Assembly: GCA_963704075.1 (NCBI GenBank)
Contig: CAVPGV010000011.1
Span: forward strand, 29,884-93,883
Direction: 5' to 3'
DNA from: an uncultured Actinomycetota bacterium
Lineage (GTDB): Bacteria; Actinomycetota; Actinomycetes; S36-B12; UBA10799
DNA length: 64,000 bases
The notes under the pieces are model-generated. The model saw only the letters and a program-made list of their open reading frames with translations, was not told the DNA's origin and did no database searches. A program made the position numbers and the translations under genes. Within the stretch, counting starts at the first letter, position 1; the number at the start of each line of letters is the position of its first letter. Of the stretch, positions 49,116 to 61,395 are shown piece by piece.

Positions 49116-51185
49116 TCAGTGCTCGACCCGGTCGAAACGGATCACCGCGCTCGCATAGTCCCCCTGTAACCACAGCCGGATCCCGCGGCTCATCAGATAC
49201 TGCCCCGACACTTCGCGCTGCTGCCAGTCGTGGGTGAAGCGGTAGCGGGCCGAGGGCTCCAGACCCCGTAGCCGCGCCGTGGTCGATGTGTGCCCGAGCC
49301 GGCTCTGCGGCAGAAAAGCGAACAGCACCGCACCCTCCTGCGAGGAGTACTGGAACAAGCGGTAGTCGTTGCTCGAAGGGTTCTCCAAACGATGGAATTG
49401 GTCCATGAGCGGGCGCAGCGCTTTGTACTCCTCGATGTACTTGGCGCACTTAGCGAGCTCGTGCTCGGACATCTTGCTCAGATCACATCCGACACCCAGG
49501 CTGCCGAACATCGCGCTGTGGAATCGGAACTGCAGCGGGATCGACCGCTGGGACAAGAAGTTCGGCACGTCGGTGACCCATGCCCGCATGGCCTGCGGCG
49601 GGTAGACCAGCGAATAGGCCCGTTGAATGTCCAGCCGGTCCAGGGCATCGGTGTTGTCACTGGTCCAGAAGTCGTCGAACACTCCCAGCGCGCCGAAGTC
49701 GATGCGTCCGCCGCCGGACGCACACGCCTCGATGAGCACACCGGGATGCCGCCGCTTGACCTCAGCCACGATCCCGTAAAGCGCCTGGATATGGCGCACC
49801 CAGACATCGCGGCCGACTCCCACCTGTGACATGGGACGGTTCGCGTCCCACTTCACGTAAGCGATGTCATTGTCCGCGAGCAGCCCGTCGAGCGTGCTGA
49901 TGACGAAGTCCCGCACAGCCGGCAGCGTCAGATTCAGGACGTACTGTCCACGGGCGGCGTCAGGCGTGCGCCCGGGCTCCGAGTAGATCCAGTCGGGATG
50001 TTCTGCGAACAGGTCGGAGTCGGGATTCACCATCTCCGGTTCCACCCAGATACCGAAGTCCATGCCCAGCTCGCGGACTCGTGTGATCAGCGGCGCGAGG
50101 CCGTCCGGGAACTTCGAAGGGTCGACCCACCAGTCGCCGAGACCATCGCTGATGCCACCGGTTTCGTCGGGACTGCGACGGCCGAACCAGCCGTCGTCGA
50201 CCACGAACAGTTCGGCTCCCAAAGCGGCCGCGCGCTCGGCCAGGGCGATCTGCCCGTTGCAGGTCACATCGAAGTTGGTGGCCTCCCACGAGTTGTACAG
50301 CACGGGTCTTTGCCCTCCCGTCATGAGACTGCGGCCGAACGCATGCAGACGGTGGCTGACGTCCTCCAGGCCCTGCTCGGAGTAGACCGCGACGACTGGC
50401 GGGGTCGTGAACGCCTCACCCGCGCGCAGGGTGAACTCGAGGTCGAAGTCGTTGACGCCGAGTTGCAGCAAGGTCTGTCCGTACTGGGTTTGCTCGACGA
50501 CGGTCTTCGTGTTGCCGCTGAAGGCCAGTGCAGCAGCCCACACCCGGCCGGACGTCTCCGTGACTTCGCGGCTCAGCACCGCATACGGGCTGTGGTGGTG
50601 GTTGGAGACCCCGCGACGGGACTCGAGCACGACCTTTCCACTCACCTGCTGGACGGTCTCCTGGAACTCGGCTCCCCAGCGCCCTTGCACATTGCGCAGA
50701 GTGAGGTCCTGGAACGGTATGGCGAATTGCGCAGAGGCCACCGATTCGAGCACGAGACCCGGCACGTCACTGGTGACGACCGCCCACCGCTTGATGGCAT
50801 CCACGTCCAGTACCTCGTAGTGCAGATCCACGGCGACGCCCTTCGGGTCGCGCAGATGAACGGTCAGCTGGGTACCGGTCGCGTCATACCCCTGGTACTT
50901 CAGGTCCAGTTCCCGCCCACCGTCGGGGAAGCGCACCATGAGGCACTGCTCGTTGTATCGGAACCTGCCGTGCGGCGGGTACTCCTGCGCCATGACGTCG
51001 TGGATCAGGTCGTTGGTGGACAGTTCCCAGATCGGCTCGATGATGACGTCGGCCAGCGCGATCGGCGCACCCCAATGCAGGTGGCGAAGCAACCCCTCGG
51101 CCGTCACCATGAACACGTACGACATCGAGGCCGTGTGCACACCGAACAAAGGGTGGTCGCCGTCCAGAACCTCGATTGCTGTCAT
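49116..51185 (-). CDS. Alpha-galactosidase, GH36
   Basis: YNSWEA, FVVDDGWFG, FGIWVEPEMVN, YVKWDAN, CASGGGR, WTSDNTD. Confidence 0.95.
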   Translation of the reverse strand: MTAIEVLDGDHPLFGVHTASMSYVFMVTAEGLLRHLHWGAPIALADVIIEPIWELSTNDLIHDVMAQEYPPHGRFRYNEQCLMVRFPDGGRELDLKYQGYDATGTQLTVHLRDPKGVAVDLHYEVLDVDAIKRWAVVTSDVPGLVLESVASAQFAIPFQDLTLRNVQGRWGAEFQETVQQVSGKVVLESRRGVSNHHHSPYAVLSREVTETSGRVWAAALAFSGNTKTVVEQTQYGQTLLQLGVNDFDLEFTLRAGEAFTTPPVVAVYSEQGLEDVSHRLHAFGRSLMTGGQRPVLYNSWEATNFDVTCNGQIALAERAAALGAELFVVDDGWFGRRSPDETGGISDGLGDWWVDPSKFPDGLAPLITRVRELGMDFGIWVEPEMVNPDSDLFAEHPDWIYSEPGRTPDAARGQYVLNLTLPAVRDFVISTLDGLLADNDIAYVKWDANRPMSQVGVGRDVWVRHIQALYGIVAEVKRRHPGVLIEACASGGGRIDFGALGVFDDFWTSDNTDALDRLDIQRAYSLVYPPQAMRAWVTDVPNFLSQRSIPLQFRFHSAMFGSLGVGCDLSKMSEHELAKCAKYIEEYKALRPLMDQFHRLENPSSNDYRLFQYSSQEGAVLFAFLPQSRLGHTSTTARLRGLEPSARYRFTHDWQQREVSGQYLMSRGIRLWLQGDYASAVIRFDRVEH

Positions 51186-51247
51186 GGCTCGAGGGTACTG
51201 GCGCGGGTCGTCCGGACGACGCCCGACGGAACGCTAGATTTGGCATC

Positions 51248-51889
51248 GTGGATGCGTCCCAAGAGACCAAGCACCTGCGCGCGATGTCACTGGGATTCGG
51301 CGTGGGATCCGCCCTGTTCGCTGTGGGAGCGATCATGGCGATGCTCGAACTCGACGCAGTCGTCATCGGTGTCGTCTTCGCGCTAGGCGCGATGGGTTTC
51401 ACCATCGCTGCCTGGGTGCAATGGCGGACCGCGATGATCCGTCGGTCGCGGACCCGGCTGCGCGATCCCGACTACATGGCCGCCGCCATTCAGTTCTTCG
51501 GCACGCTCTTCTTCAACGTGATGACTATTCGCTCGCTGGCGTTGGCTCTCGGATCCACGACGAGGACCTACGAGGACGTGTGGCATCCGGACGTGTTCGG
51601 ATCAGCGCTGTTCCTCATCTCCAGTTGGATCGCTTGGCATCCCATCGCACGCAGCCAACGCCACCACCTGCTGCATGGAAGGTCCCGGCTGATCTGCCTG
51701 TCGAACATGCTCGGCTCGATCTTCTTCGGGTTGTCGGCGGTCGGAGCACGGATGCTGCCGGATGGAACCCTGGACAACAACACGTGGAACAACGGTGGCA
51801 CCCTGCTGGGCGCCCTGTGCTTCCTCGTGGGTGCCCTCGCTCTGCGCCCGACGACATCTGACCGCCGGGCGCAGGGTCAGCACGTTTAG
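51248..51889 (+). CDS. YrhK-like membrane protein
   Basis: Repeated GSALF/GTLFF/GSIFF TM motifs; WHPDVFGS. Confidence 0.7.
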   Translation: MDASQETKHLRAMSLGFGVGSALFAVGAIMAMLELDAVVIGVVFALGAMGFTIAAWVQWRTAMIRRSRTRLRDPDYMAAAIQFFGTLFFNVMTIRSLALALGSTTRTYEDVWHPDVFGSALFLISSWIAWHPIARSQRHHLLHGRSRLICLSNMLGSIFFGLSAVGARMLPDGTLDNNTWNNGGTLLGALCFLVGALALRPTTSDRRAQGQHV

Positions 51890-51893
51890 CCGC

Positions 51894-52059
51894 TCAGCCC
51901 TGGTCCCAATCCTTGGATCGCGGGTTGGCCGATCGATTCTCGTCGTGCTCACGCTCCAGGTTCTTCGTCGGATCCTCTGTCCTCGTGCAGGTCCGCAGGA
52001 CCCCAGACGGCAAGAGCACCCTTCTTCGCCCGGTACTTGATCTCATCCCAGAAGCTCAT
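51894..52059 (-). CDS. Small hypothetical protein (probable frameshift near 51980)
   Basis: RBS GGGAG; MSFWDEIKYRAKKGALAVWGPADL, continuing EDPTKNLEREHDENR in another frame. Confidence 0.5.
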
Positions 52060-52215
52060 GCTGTCTCCCTCGTCGACACCAGGCGAACCCCGCCGGGAGG
52101 TGTCTCGACCGGGACGTGACTCAATGGTCGGTTGCGACAGGCGCCGGCTGAGCCAGAAGCCGCCGGCGACTGCGGCACCCAACAGCAGGAGCTGGGTGAT
52201 GATGCGCATTTTCAT
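52060..52215 (-). CDS. Small single-TM protein (3' end uncertain)
   Basis: RBS GGAGG; MKMRIITQLLLLGAAVAGGFWLSRR. Confidence 0.45.
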
Positions 52216-52310
52216 TGTGTTCCTCCATCGGGGGATCGGTCTGGTCTGCAGTGCTTCAGCCTCGGCAAGACGTGATCCGTCGAGGCCCGTCCGGTGGACT
52301 CTTTACCGGG

Positions 52311-52634
52311 TCAGGGTCTCATCCGCTCTCCCCGATCTCGTTCGGGTGCGCCTGCTCCGGCAGGCAGATCCACGCCGTCCTCCGGCTGCTCCTGTTGGCC
52401 CGGCGGCGGGTCTTGTGCGTCCTCACGCTTCGCCGTGTTCGCCGGGGCGTCCGACGCCTGAGTCACGTGTCCGGCCCGGCGCTGCCCGCGCGGATTCGGT
52501 GTCGTGGCCGGTTCCATCTGTGGCTTGACCCGCCGCTTCTCCACCGCAGGCACGTGTGTGGCCGGGCCGTGCGGATCCGCACCACCTTCGGAGGCCCAAC
52601 GTCCCGTTTCCGTGGTGCGTTTGTCGTTCGCCAT
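52311..52634 (-). CDS. Hydrophilic, probably disordered hypothetical protein
   Basis: RBS GGAGG; rich in P/E/R/G; co-oriented with the upstream stress gene. Confidence 0.6.
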   Translation of the reverse strand: MANDKRTTETGRWASEGGADPHGPATHVPAVEKRRVKPQMEPATTPNPRGQRRAGHVTQASDAPANTAKREDAQDPPPGQQEQPEDGVDLPAGAGAPERDRGERMRP

Positions 52635-52643
52635 ACCGCCTCC

Positions 52644-52910
52644 TCAGTGGTTGCGGAGCATCTCGATGAGTTCGTCCTGCTTCTTGTGTGAGCAACCGTG
52701 CAGACCCAACCCCTTGGCGCGGTCCTGGAGTTCGTCGACGGTCCAGTCCTCGGATGATCCGGACCTGCCTGCTTTGCGGCCCACCTCCGAGCGGTCCTGG
52801 TTCGCCGCTGCACTCGCAATGCGGGCGGCCTTCTCCTCGGAGTCACCCTGGTCGCGCAGCCTCTCGTAGAGTTCCTCGTCCTTGATCCTGGACATATCGC
52901 GTTGAGGCAT
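52644..52910 (-). CDS. Small stress protein with Rho-N-like C-terminus
   Basis: IKDEELYERLRDQG.S.EKAARI..WTVDEL..RAK..G...DELIEMLR; strong RBS AAAGGAGG. Confidence 0.85.
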   Translation of the reverse strand: MPQRDMSRIKDEELYERLRDQGDSEEKAARIASAAANQDRSEVGRKAGRSGSSEDWTVDELQDRAKGLGLHGCSHKKQDELIEMLRNH

Positions 52911-52939
52911 GGATTCCTCCTTTCGTCGTAGATGGTCCT

Positions 52940-53046
52940 ATTCCCAGATCCAGCGGTTCTATCCCGCGTTCGGTCGGTTGATCCTGTTGCCCACATCACA
53001 TGCCGGGGCCGGGTGGCCGGTGTCTACGGCAGAGCAGCGGGGGTAG
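52940..53046. promoter_or_regulatory. Divergent SigB/SigF-like promoters
   Basis: Plus strand GTCT-N15-GGGTAG (53022-53046); minus strand GGAT-N15-GGGAAT (52964-52940). Confidence 0.45.
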
Positions 53047-53077
53047 AAGCCGGTACCAACAAGAAAGGGAAACCACC

Positions 53078-53290
53078 ATGGGATTCACCGACCGCGCCAA
53101 GGACACCGCCAAGGACATCGCCGACAAGGCCGGCGACGCCGCCGAGTCCATCAAGGACAAGGCTCAGGACCTCGGTGACGACCTGAGCGACAAGAGTCAG
53201 GAAGTCGGCGAGAAGGTGGAGGACCGCGCCGAGGACGCGAAGGACACCGCCAGCGACAAGGTGGAAGACGCCAAGCGCGACCTGAACTGA
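53078..53290 (+). CDS. LEA/CsbD-like hydrophilin
   Basis: 11-residue periodic D/K/A repeats (DRAKDTAKDIA, DKAGDAAESIK, DKAQDLGDDLS); RBS AAGGGA. Confidence 0.8.
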   Translation: MGFTDRAKDTAKDIADKAGDAAESIKDKAQDLGDDLSDKSQEVGEKVEDRAEDAKDTASDKVEDAKRDLN

Positions 53291-53303
53291 TCGCCTGATC
53301 AGG

Positions 53304-53343
53304 GAAAAGCGCCGCCCGCGTCCCCGCGCGGGCGGCGCTTTTC
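53304..53343. terminator. Bidirectional intrinsic terminator
   Basis: GAAAAGCGCCGCCCGCG-loop-CGCGGGCGGCGCTTTTC between convergent genes. Confidence 0.88.
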
Positions 53344-53490
53344 ATGCGCTTCGGGTTTCTTCGCGTGGGTTCGTGGAGCAGCAGCTATTGCTGGATCCGG
53401 GTTGCGAGGATCCAATCACGGCCGGACACCCCGGACAAGGCCACCAAACCCGACCACTTCGGATTCCTCACCTTCGGCAAGTCGCCCTGC

Positions 53491-54982
53491 TCAATCGACA
53501 ACCTCGAGGAATCGCGCGATGCCGGTGACCGGATCACCACCGAACACCCCGCAGTGCTCGAGGCCGCGGACGAAGTAGTCACCGGCGGCATGCCGCGTGG
53601 CCGTCAACGCATCCACGCCTGGTCCGCCCCAGGACCGCAGTTCCTCCAGCATCGCGCCGTGGCCGGCGAGCTCTGGGGGCAGAGCACCGCCGTCGGACAG
53701 GGCGTGCGCCACCGCCTCGAGTTCGCGCTCGAGGCGCCCGGGCAGCACCGCAAGCCCCATCACCTCGATAAGTCCGATGTTCTCCTTCTTGATCGGGTGG
53801 ATCTGCGCGTGCGGATGGAACAACCCGTCAGGATGCGTCGACGTTGTCCGGTTGTTGCGCAGGACGAGGTCCAGCCGCAGGCGTCCGTCCGTTCGCCGGG
53901 CGATGGGGGTGATCGTGTTGTGGGGAACCCCGTGGGAGACGGCCTGGATGCCGAAGTCCGGGTCGGAATACTCCCGCCACGCCGCCAGGATGTCCGTGGC
54001 CAGCCCCACGACGACTTCGTCCGAGCCCGACAGTCGAATGACCGCAAGCGGCCAGTGCAGGATGCTCATCTCGAGATCGCCGCGCTCTTGGGTCCATAGC
54101 CTTCGTGCCCGATCCATCGGGAACTCGAACCGGCCGCCCTGGAAGTGGTCGTGGCTGAGGATCGACCCACCCACGATCGGCAGGTCCGCGTTGGAGCCGA
54201 TCAGATAGTGCGGGAACATCGCCGTGAAGGCGGCCAACCGTTCGAACGTGCTCCGGTCGATGCACATCGGACGGTGCTCGTCGCTGAGCACGATGCAGTG
54301 CTCGTTGTAGTAGCGGTACGGGGAGTACTGCAGATACCAGCGCTCGCCCACCAGATCCATCGGGATGAGACGTAGGTTCTGCCGCGCCGGGTGATCGGCG
54401 CGACCGGCGTAGCCCTCGTTCTGCCGGCACAACAGGCACTGCGGATATCCGGCGGCGTGCTCGCGCGCCTCGGCGATGATGTCACGTGGATCCTTCTCGG
54501 GCTTGGACACGTTGATGGTCATGTCCATCTCGCCGTAGACGGTCGGCTGCCGCCACGAGGTGTTCCGATCGGTGCGGGAGACCCGGATGTAGTTGCTCGC
54601 CACCGCCTGCTGGTGGTACCAGTCGGTGGCGGCTGCCGGCCCTCCGGCGTAGGCGTCCCAGAAGTGCCGGGCGACCGACGAGGGCCGCTGCACGAAGCAG
54701 CCCATGATCGCGCTGTCCCACAGATCTCGTTGAGTGACCGTGTCGGGCGTGATCAGTCCCCTGGCTGCCGCGTCGTCCAGCAGCGGGCGCAGCAGGTCGT
54801 CGATGTCGCGAGGCGGCCCCGACCAAAGGTCCACCGAGATCGCTCACGTCCTTCGGCGGTCAGGTCGTAGTCCTCGATCCCCAGCACCTCGAGGACCCGG
54901 TTGCGCGCGTACGCCACGTCGTCGGAGGCGATCAAGCCGGTGCGGCGTGCGTGTTCGAGCAATCTGCCCAGGGCCCGTTCGA

Positions 54983-54986
<4 letters not shown>
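53491..54986 (-). CDS. galT: Galactose-1-phosphate uridylyltransferase, type II (copy 1; frameshift near 54840)
   Basis: [73 protein letters not shown]. Confidence 0.92.
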
Positions 54987-56682
<1,696 letters not shown>

Positions 56683-56710
56683 GGAGACGCAGGCTAGAAT
56701 TATTGATGAT

Positions 56711-57916
56711 ATGTTCTCCTTCTTGATCGGGTGGATCTGCGCGTGCGGATGGAACAAGCCGTCAGGATGCGTCGACGTTGTCCGGTTGTTGCGCAGGACG
56801 AGGTCCAGCCGCAGGTGGCCGTCCGTTCGCCGGGCGATGGGGTGATCGTGTTGTGGGAACCCCGTGCGAGACGGCCTGGATGCCGAAGGTCGGGTCGGAG
56901 TACTCCCGCCACGCCGCCAGGATGTCCGTGGCCAGCCCGATGACGGCGTCGTCCGGGCCCGAGAGTCGATGACCGCAAGCGGCCAGTGCAGGACGCTGAT
57001 CTCGAGATCGCCGCGCTGCTGGGTCCATAGCCTTCGTGCCCGATCCATCGGGAACTCGAAGCGGCCGCCCTGGAAGTGGTCGTGGCTGAGGATCGAACCG
57101 CCCACGATCGGCAGGTCCGCGTTGGAGCCGATCAGATAGTGCGGGAACATCGCCGTGAACGCGGCCAACCGTTCGAACGTGCTGCGGTCGATGCGCATCG
57201 GCCGGTGCTCGTCGCTGAGCACGATGCAGTGCTCGTTGTAGTAGCGGTACGGCGAGTACTGCAGAGTACCAGCGTTCGCCCACCAGATCCATCGGAATCA
57301 GACGAAGGTTCTGCCGCGCCGGGTGATCGGCGCGACCCGCGTACCCCTCGTTCTGCGGGCACAACAGGCACTGCGGATATCCGGCGGCGTGTTCGCGTGC
57401 CTCGGCGATGATGTCACGTGGATCCTTCTCGGGCTTGGACACATTGATGGTCATGTCCATCTCGCCGTAGACGGTCGGCTGCCGCCACGAGGTGTTCCGA
57501 TCGGTGCGGGAGACCCGGATGTAGTTGCTCGCCACCGCCTGCTGGTGGTACCAGTCGGTGGCAGCTGCCGGGCCTCCGGCGTAGGCGTCCCAAAAGTGCC
57601 GGGCGACCGACGAGGGCCGCTGCACGAAGCAGCCCATGATCGCGCTGTCCCACAGATCTCGTTGAGTGACCGTGTCGGGCGTGATCAGTCCCCTGACTGC
57701 CGCGTCGTCCAGCAGCGGGCGCAGCAGGTCGTCGATGTCTGAGGCGGCCCCGACCAGAGGCCCACCGAGATCCTCACGTCCTTCGGCGGTCAGGTCGTAG
57801 TCCTCGATCCCCAGCACCTCGAGGACCCGGTTGCGCGCGTACGCCACGTCGTCGGAGGCGATCAAGCCGGTGCGGCGTGCGTGTTCGAGCAGTCTGCCCA
57901 GGGCCGGCTCGATCAC
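56711..57916 (-). pseudogene. galT: 3'-truncated, frameshifted galT (copy 2)
   Basis: Ends at IKKENI at the junction; several indels relative to copy 1. Confidence 0.85.
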
Positions 57917-59005
57917 GACGTCACCTCCCGCGCACCATCGGCGCTGCTCACCACGTAGAAGTCCGCAGGTAGCCCGGTGCTGCGGTGGTAGGCATCGCCG
58001 ACATGCTGCATGAACGCGTCGACCGCATCCGGATGGACCAGGTTCACCGTGCAGCCACCGAATCCGGCACCTGTCATGCGCGCGCCGATGACACCGGGCG
58101 CCTCGCCATGCTGCCTCCACCAGCGCGTCCAGCGCCGGACCCGTGACCTCGAAATCGTCGCGCAGGGACTCGTGGGAGGCTCGCATGAGGTCCCCGGCGG
58201 CTGAAAGGTCCGCGCGTTCGAGAGCGTCGGCGAACCACCAGACCCGGGCTTGTTCGGTGATCACATGGCGCGCCCGCGGACGCAGGTCCTCCGGGAGGTC
58301 GCGGACCGCGGCCTCCACATCGTCGGGGGGGACGTCGACGAGGCGCACACCAAGGATCTCCTGCGCGGTTTCGCACGCGGACCTGCGTTGGTTGTAGGCG
58401 CTGCCGGACAGTTCCCGCCGCTGGTTCGTATTGGCGACAACCACCGCGATCTCGGACGGGAACCGGACCGGGGAGACCGCCAGCGTCCCGCAGTCGATGC
58501 GCAGGGCGTGCCCGGCCACGCCGGTCGCGATGCTCAGTTGATCCATGATCCCGCAGGCGACTCCGATGAAATCGTTCTCCGCCGATTGCCCCACCAGGGC
58601 GAGTTCGGCGGCGGTGGAGCCGACGTCGGCCACCGCGTCGAACGCGACCGCCATCGCAAGTTCCAGCGAGGCGGATGAGGAAAGCCCGGCCCCGTTGGGG
58701 ATGTTGCCTCGCACCCGGACGTCAACCCCTGGCAACTCCACACCCCGTGCCTGGAACGCATAGGCGACGCCAACGAGGTAGTTGACCCATTCCCATTCCG
58801 GCCGGGCCTGCTGGGCGTCCATGTCGGCGACGACCTCGCCGAGTTCGCTGAAGTTGTCCGACACCGCCACAATGCGGCGATCCGAACGGGCTCCTACCCA
58901 CAGATCCGTTCCGCGGTCGATGGCCATCGGCAGGACGGTGCCGCCCATGTAGTCGATGTGGTCGCCGATCAGATTCACCCGGCCCGGTGCGTGGAACTGG
59001 CGCAT
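57913..59005 (-). CDS. galK: Galactokinase (copy 2; frameshift near 58105)
   Basis: Near-identical to copy 1. Confidence 0.88.
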
Positions 59006-59083
59006 TGCCCATTCGTAACCCACTGGGACGGTCGATCGCCCGGCAATTCGACATCTTGGGAGCCTTTGGGCCAGATTTGGATC

Positions 59084-60430
59084 ATGAACCTCAGAGAGAC
59101 CTTCGGAGACGACTTCGTATGGGGCGTCGCCACGGCCGCGTACCAGATCGAGGGTTCGCCGGATGCCGACGGCAAGGGCGTGTCCATCTGGGACACGTTC
59201 AGCCACAAGCCCGGCACGATCGCGGACGGTTCGACCGGTGATGTCGCCACGGATTCGTATCGCCGCTTCCCGGAGGACGTGGCCTTGGTGCACTCCTTGG
59301 GCTTCGACGCCTACCGGTTCTCCCTGTCGTGGCCGCGCATCCAGCCCGATGGCCGCACGGTGAACCAACGGGGACTCGACCACTACAAGCGGGTGCTGGA
59401 CTCGTGTCTTGGCGCCGGGGTCCAACCCTGGGTCACGCTGTACCACTGGGACCTGCCACAGGTCCTGGAGGATCGCGGCGGGTGGACAAACCGCGACATC
59501 ATCGAGGTCTTCGCGGACTACGTCACCGTCGTCGGTGAGGCGCTCGGTGACCGGGTCGAGAACTGGATGGTCTTCAACGAGCCGCTGAGTTTCACGATGC
59601 TGGGATACATGCTCGGCGAGCACGCCCCGGGCCGGCGCGGACTGAGCAACTTCTTCCCCGCGATGCATCACGTCAATCTCGCAACCGCCGAAGGGTACCG
59701 GGCACTGCGGGCGGTCGCGCCCGACGCCACCATCGGCAATACCCAGTACCTGTCGCCCACCCTCGGTTCGGGCCCCGGTCCGCACCTCGCGCAGCGCGCC
59801 GAACGGGCCGCCAACGCCATGCTCAACCGGGCGTTCCTGGAACCCGGGCTCGGGCTCGGCTACCCGGTCGAGGACGCCCCCATCCTGCGCATGATGCGCC
59901 GCTACATCAAGGACGGCGACCTGGAACGCTGCGAGGTCGACCTCGACTTCCTGGGGGTGCAGTACTACACACGACTTCGCGCGCCCTTCCGGCCGATCCC
60001 CGGGCTGTGGACCATCCCCGGATTCGGCGACGACCCGGATCTGGAGAAGACCTCGATGGGCTGGGAGATCCGTCCGGAGGGCCTGGGACTGGTTCTGGAC
60101 ATGGTGCACGCCTACGGGCGGTATCCGCGCATCGTCGTCACCGAGGGCGGGGCTTCCTTCCCCGACGAACTGGCCGGGAGCCGCGTCCACGACGATCGGC
60201 GAATCGCCTACTACGAGTCGCACCTGGCACAGGTCAAGCAGGCGCAGGAACGCGGGGTGCCCGTCGACGGGTACTTCTGCTGGTCGTTGATGGACAACTT
60301 CGAGTGGGCTGCCGGGTTCGAACCGCGGTTCGGGCTCGTCTACGTGAACTACGAGAACCAGCAGCGCATCATCAAGGACAGCGGCCACTGGTTCGCCGAG
60401 CAGTTGGGCGGCGTGGCCGCTACTGGCTGA
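59084..60430 (+). CDS. GH1 beta-glucosidase/beta-galactosidase
   Basis: [18 protein letters not shown] (acid/base), VTEGG (nucleophile), WSLMDNFEW, RFGLVYV. Confidence 0.95.
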   Translation: MNLRETFGDDFVWGVATAAYQIEGSPDADGKGVSIWDTFSHKPGTIADGSTGDVATDSYRRFPEDVALVHSLGFDAYRFSLSWPRIQPDGRTVNQRGLDHYKRVLDSCLGAGVQPWVTLYHWDLPQVLEDRGGWTNRDIIEVFADYVTVVGEALGDRVENWMVFNEPLSFTMLGYMLGEHAPGRRGLSNFFPAMHHVNLATAEGYRALRAVAPDATIGNTQYLSPTLGSGPGPHLAQRAERAANAMLNRAFLEPGLGLGYPVEDAPILRMMRRYIKDGDLERCEVDLDFLGVQYYTRLRAPFRPIPGLWTIPGFGDDPDLEKTSMGWEIRPEGLGLVLDMVHAYGRYPRIVVTEGGASFPDELAGSRVHDDRRIAYYESHLAQVKQAQERGVPVDGYFCWSLMDNFEWAAGFEPRFGLVYVNYENQQRIIKDSGHWFAEQLGGVAATG

Positions 60431-60521
60431 GGGAGGGCCACGCCCGACACGAGTCGGGACATGTTCGGCGCCGCCGGTCGTGGTGGGTAGGGTGACCCGA
60501 GACAAAGAAGGGGTCACTCCA

Positions 60522-61235
60522 TTGCGCAACAAGCTCATCGCCGAATTCGTCGGCACATTCCTGCTCGTCCTGCTGGCCGTGGGCTCAGCAGTCAGCGGCA
60601 TCGTCACGAACGGGACCGTGGGGGTCGCGATCGGATTCGGCGTGGTGCTGGCCGCCCTCGCCTACGCCTTGGGACCGACGTCCGGCTGCCACGTCAACCC
60701 GGCGGTCACGCTCGCGTTCTGGCTCTCCAAGCGCCAGGAAGGCAAAGAGGCAGGGCTGTACGTGATCATGCAGTTCCTGGGCGCCGCACTTGGCGGTTTC
60801 GCCCTGTGGCTGCTGGTCAACTCCGGAGGTGTCACCGATGAGACCGGCGGTCTGGGGACCAACGCCTTCGGCGGCGAGGGCCCGAACGCCTTCGGCGCTT
60901 TTCTGGCAGAGGTGCTGCTGACGGCGGCCTTCGTCGGCGTGATCCTGCTGGTGACCGACCATGCTGCCGCCCCCGGCTTCGCGGGCCTCGCCATCGGTTC
61001 TGCGCTGACCGCAGTGCACCTCGTCGGCATCCCGCTGACCGGGACGTCGGTGAACCCGGCCCGCTCCCTGGGGCCGGCGCTGTTCGCGGGCGGGGAGTCG
61101 CTGCAACAGGTCTGGCTGTTCCTGATCGCACCTCTGGTCGGCGGCGCGATCGCTGTCCTGGTCTGGAAGATCACACGGCCTGCCGAGGGCGTTCTCGGCG
61201 ATGAGGGCCAGGAGTCGCTCGAGCGCGAAGCCTGA
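60522..61235 (+). CDS. Aquaporin (MIP family, AqpZ-like)
   Basis: AEFVGTF, SGCHVNPAVT, GTSVNPARS; TTG start inferred from the RBS. Confidence 0.93.
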   Translation: MRNKLIAEFVGTFLLVLLAVGSAVSGIVTNGTVGVAIGFGVVLAALAYALGPTSGCHVNPAVTLAFWLSKRQEGKEAGLYVIMQFLGAALGGFALWLLVNSGGVTDETGGLGTNAFGGEGPNAFGAFLAEVLLTAAFVGVILLVTDHAAAPGFAGLAIGSALTAVHLVGIPLTGTSVNPARSLGPALFAGGESLQQVWLFLIAPLVGGAIAVLVWKITRPAEGVLGDEGQESLEREA

Positions 61236-61244
61236 GTCACGACG

Positions 61245-61278
61245 AAAGCGGCCGGAGTCCACGGATTCCGGCCGCTTT
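61245..61278. terminator. Intrinsic terminator
   Basis: AAAGCGGCCGGAGTCC-ac-GGATTCCGGCCGCTTT. Confidence 0.85.
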
Positions 61279-61395
61279 GTCTGTTCGGCCGGCCTGATCG
61301 GGAAACCGGACCTATTGGCGGGGGCCATCGTCCGTTGAACAGCACACGGATGCGGCTGATGCCGGATCCGAAGCTGACGCGTTCGGTGGCTTCGA

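Noticed and set aside
56683-56710. Junction as an IS end, att site or sequencing adapter
   Set aside because: No inverted repeat or target duplication, and no recognisable match to adapter sequences I know; origin unresolved.
56762-60607. 1281-aa ORF as a novel fusion protein
   Set aside because: It is antisense GH1 sequence plus galK and galT pieces joined by frameshifts.
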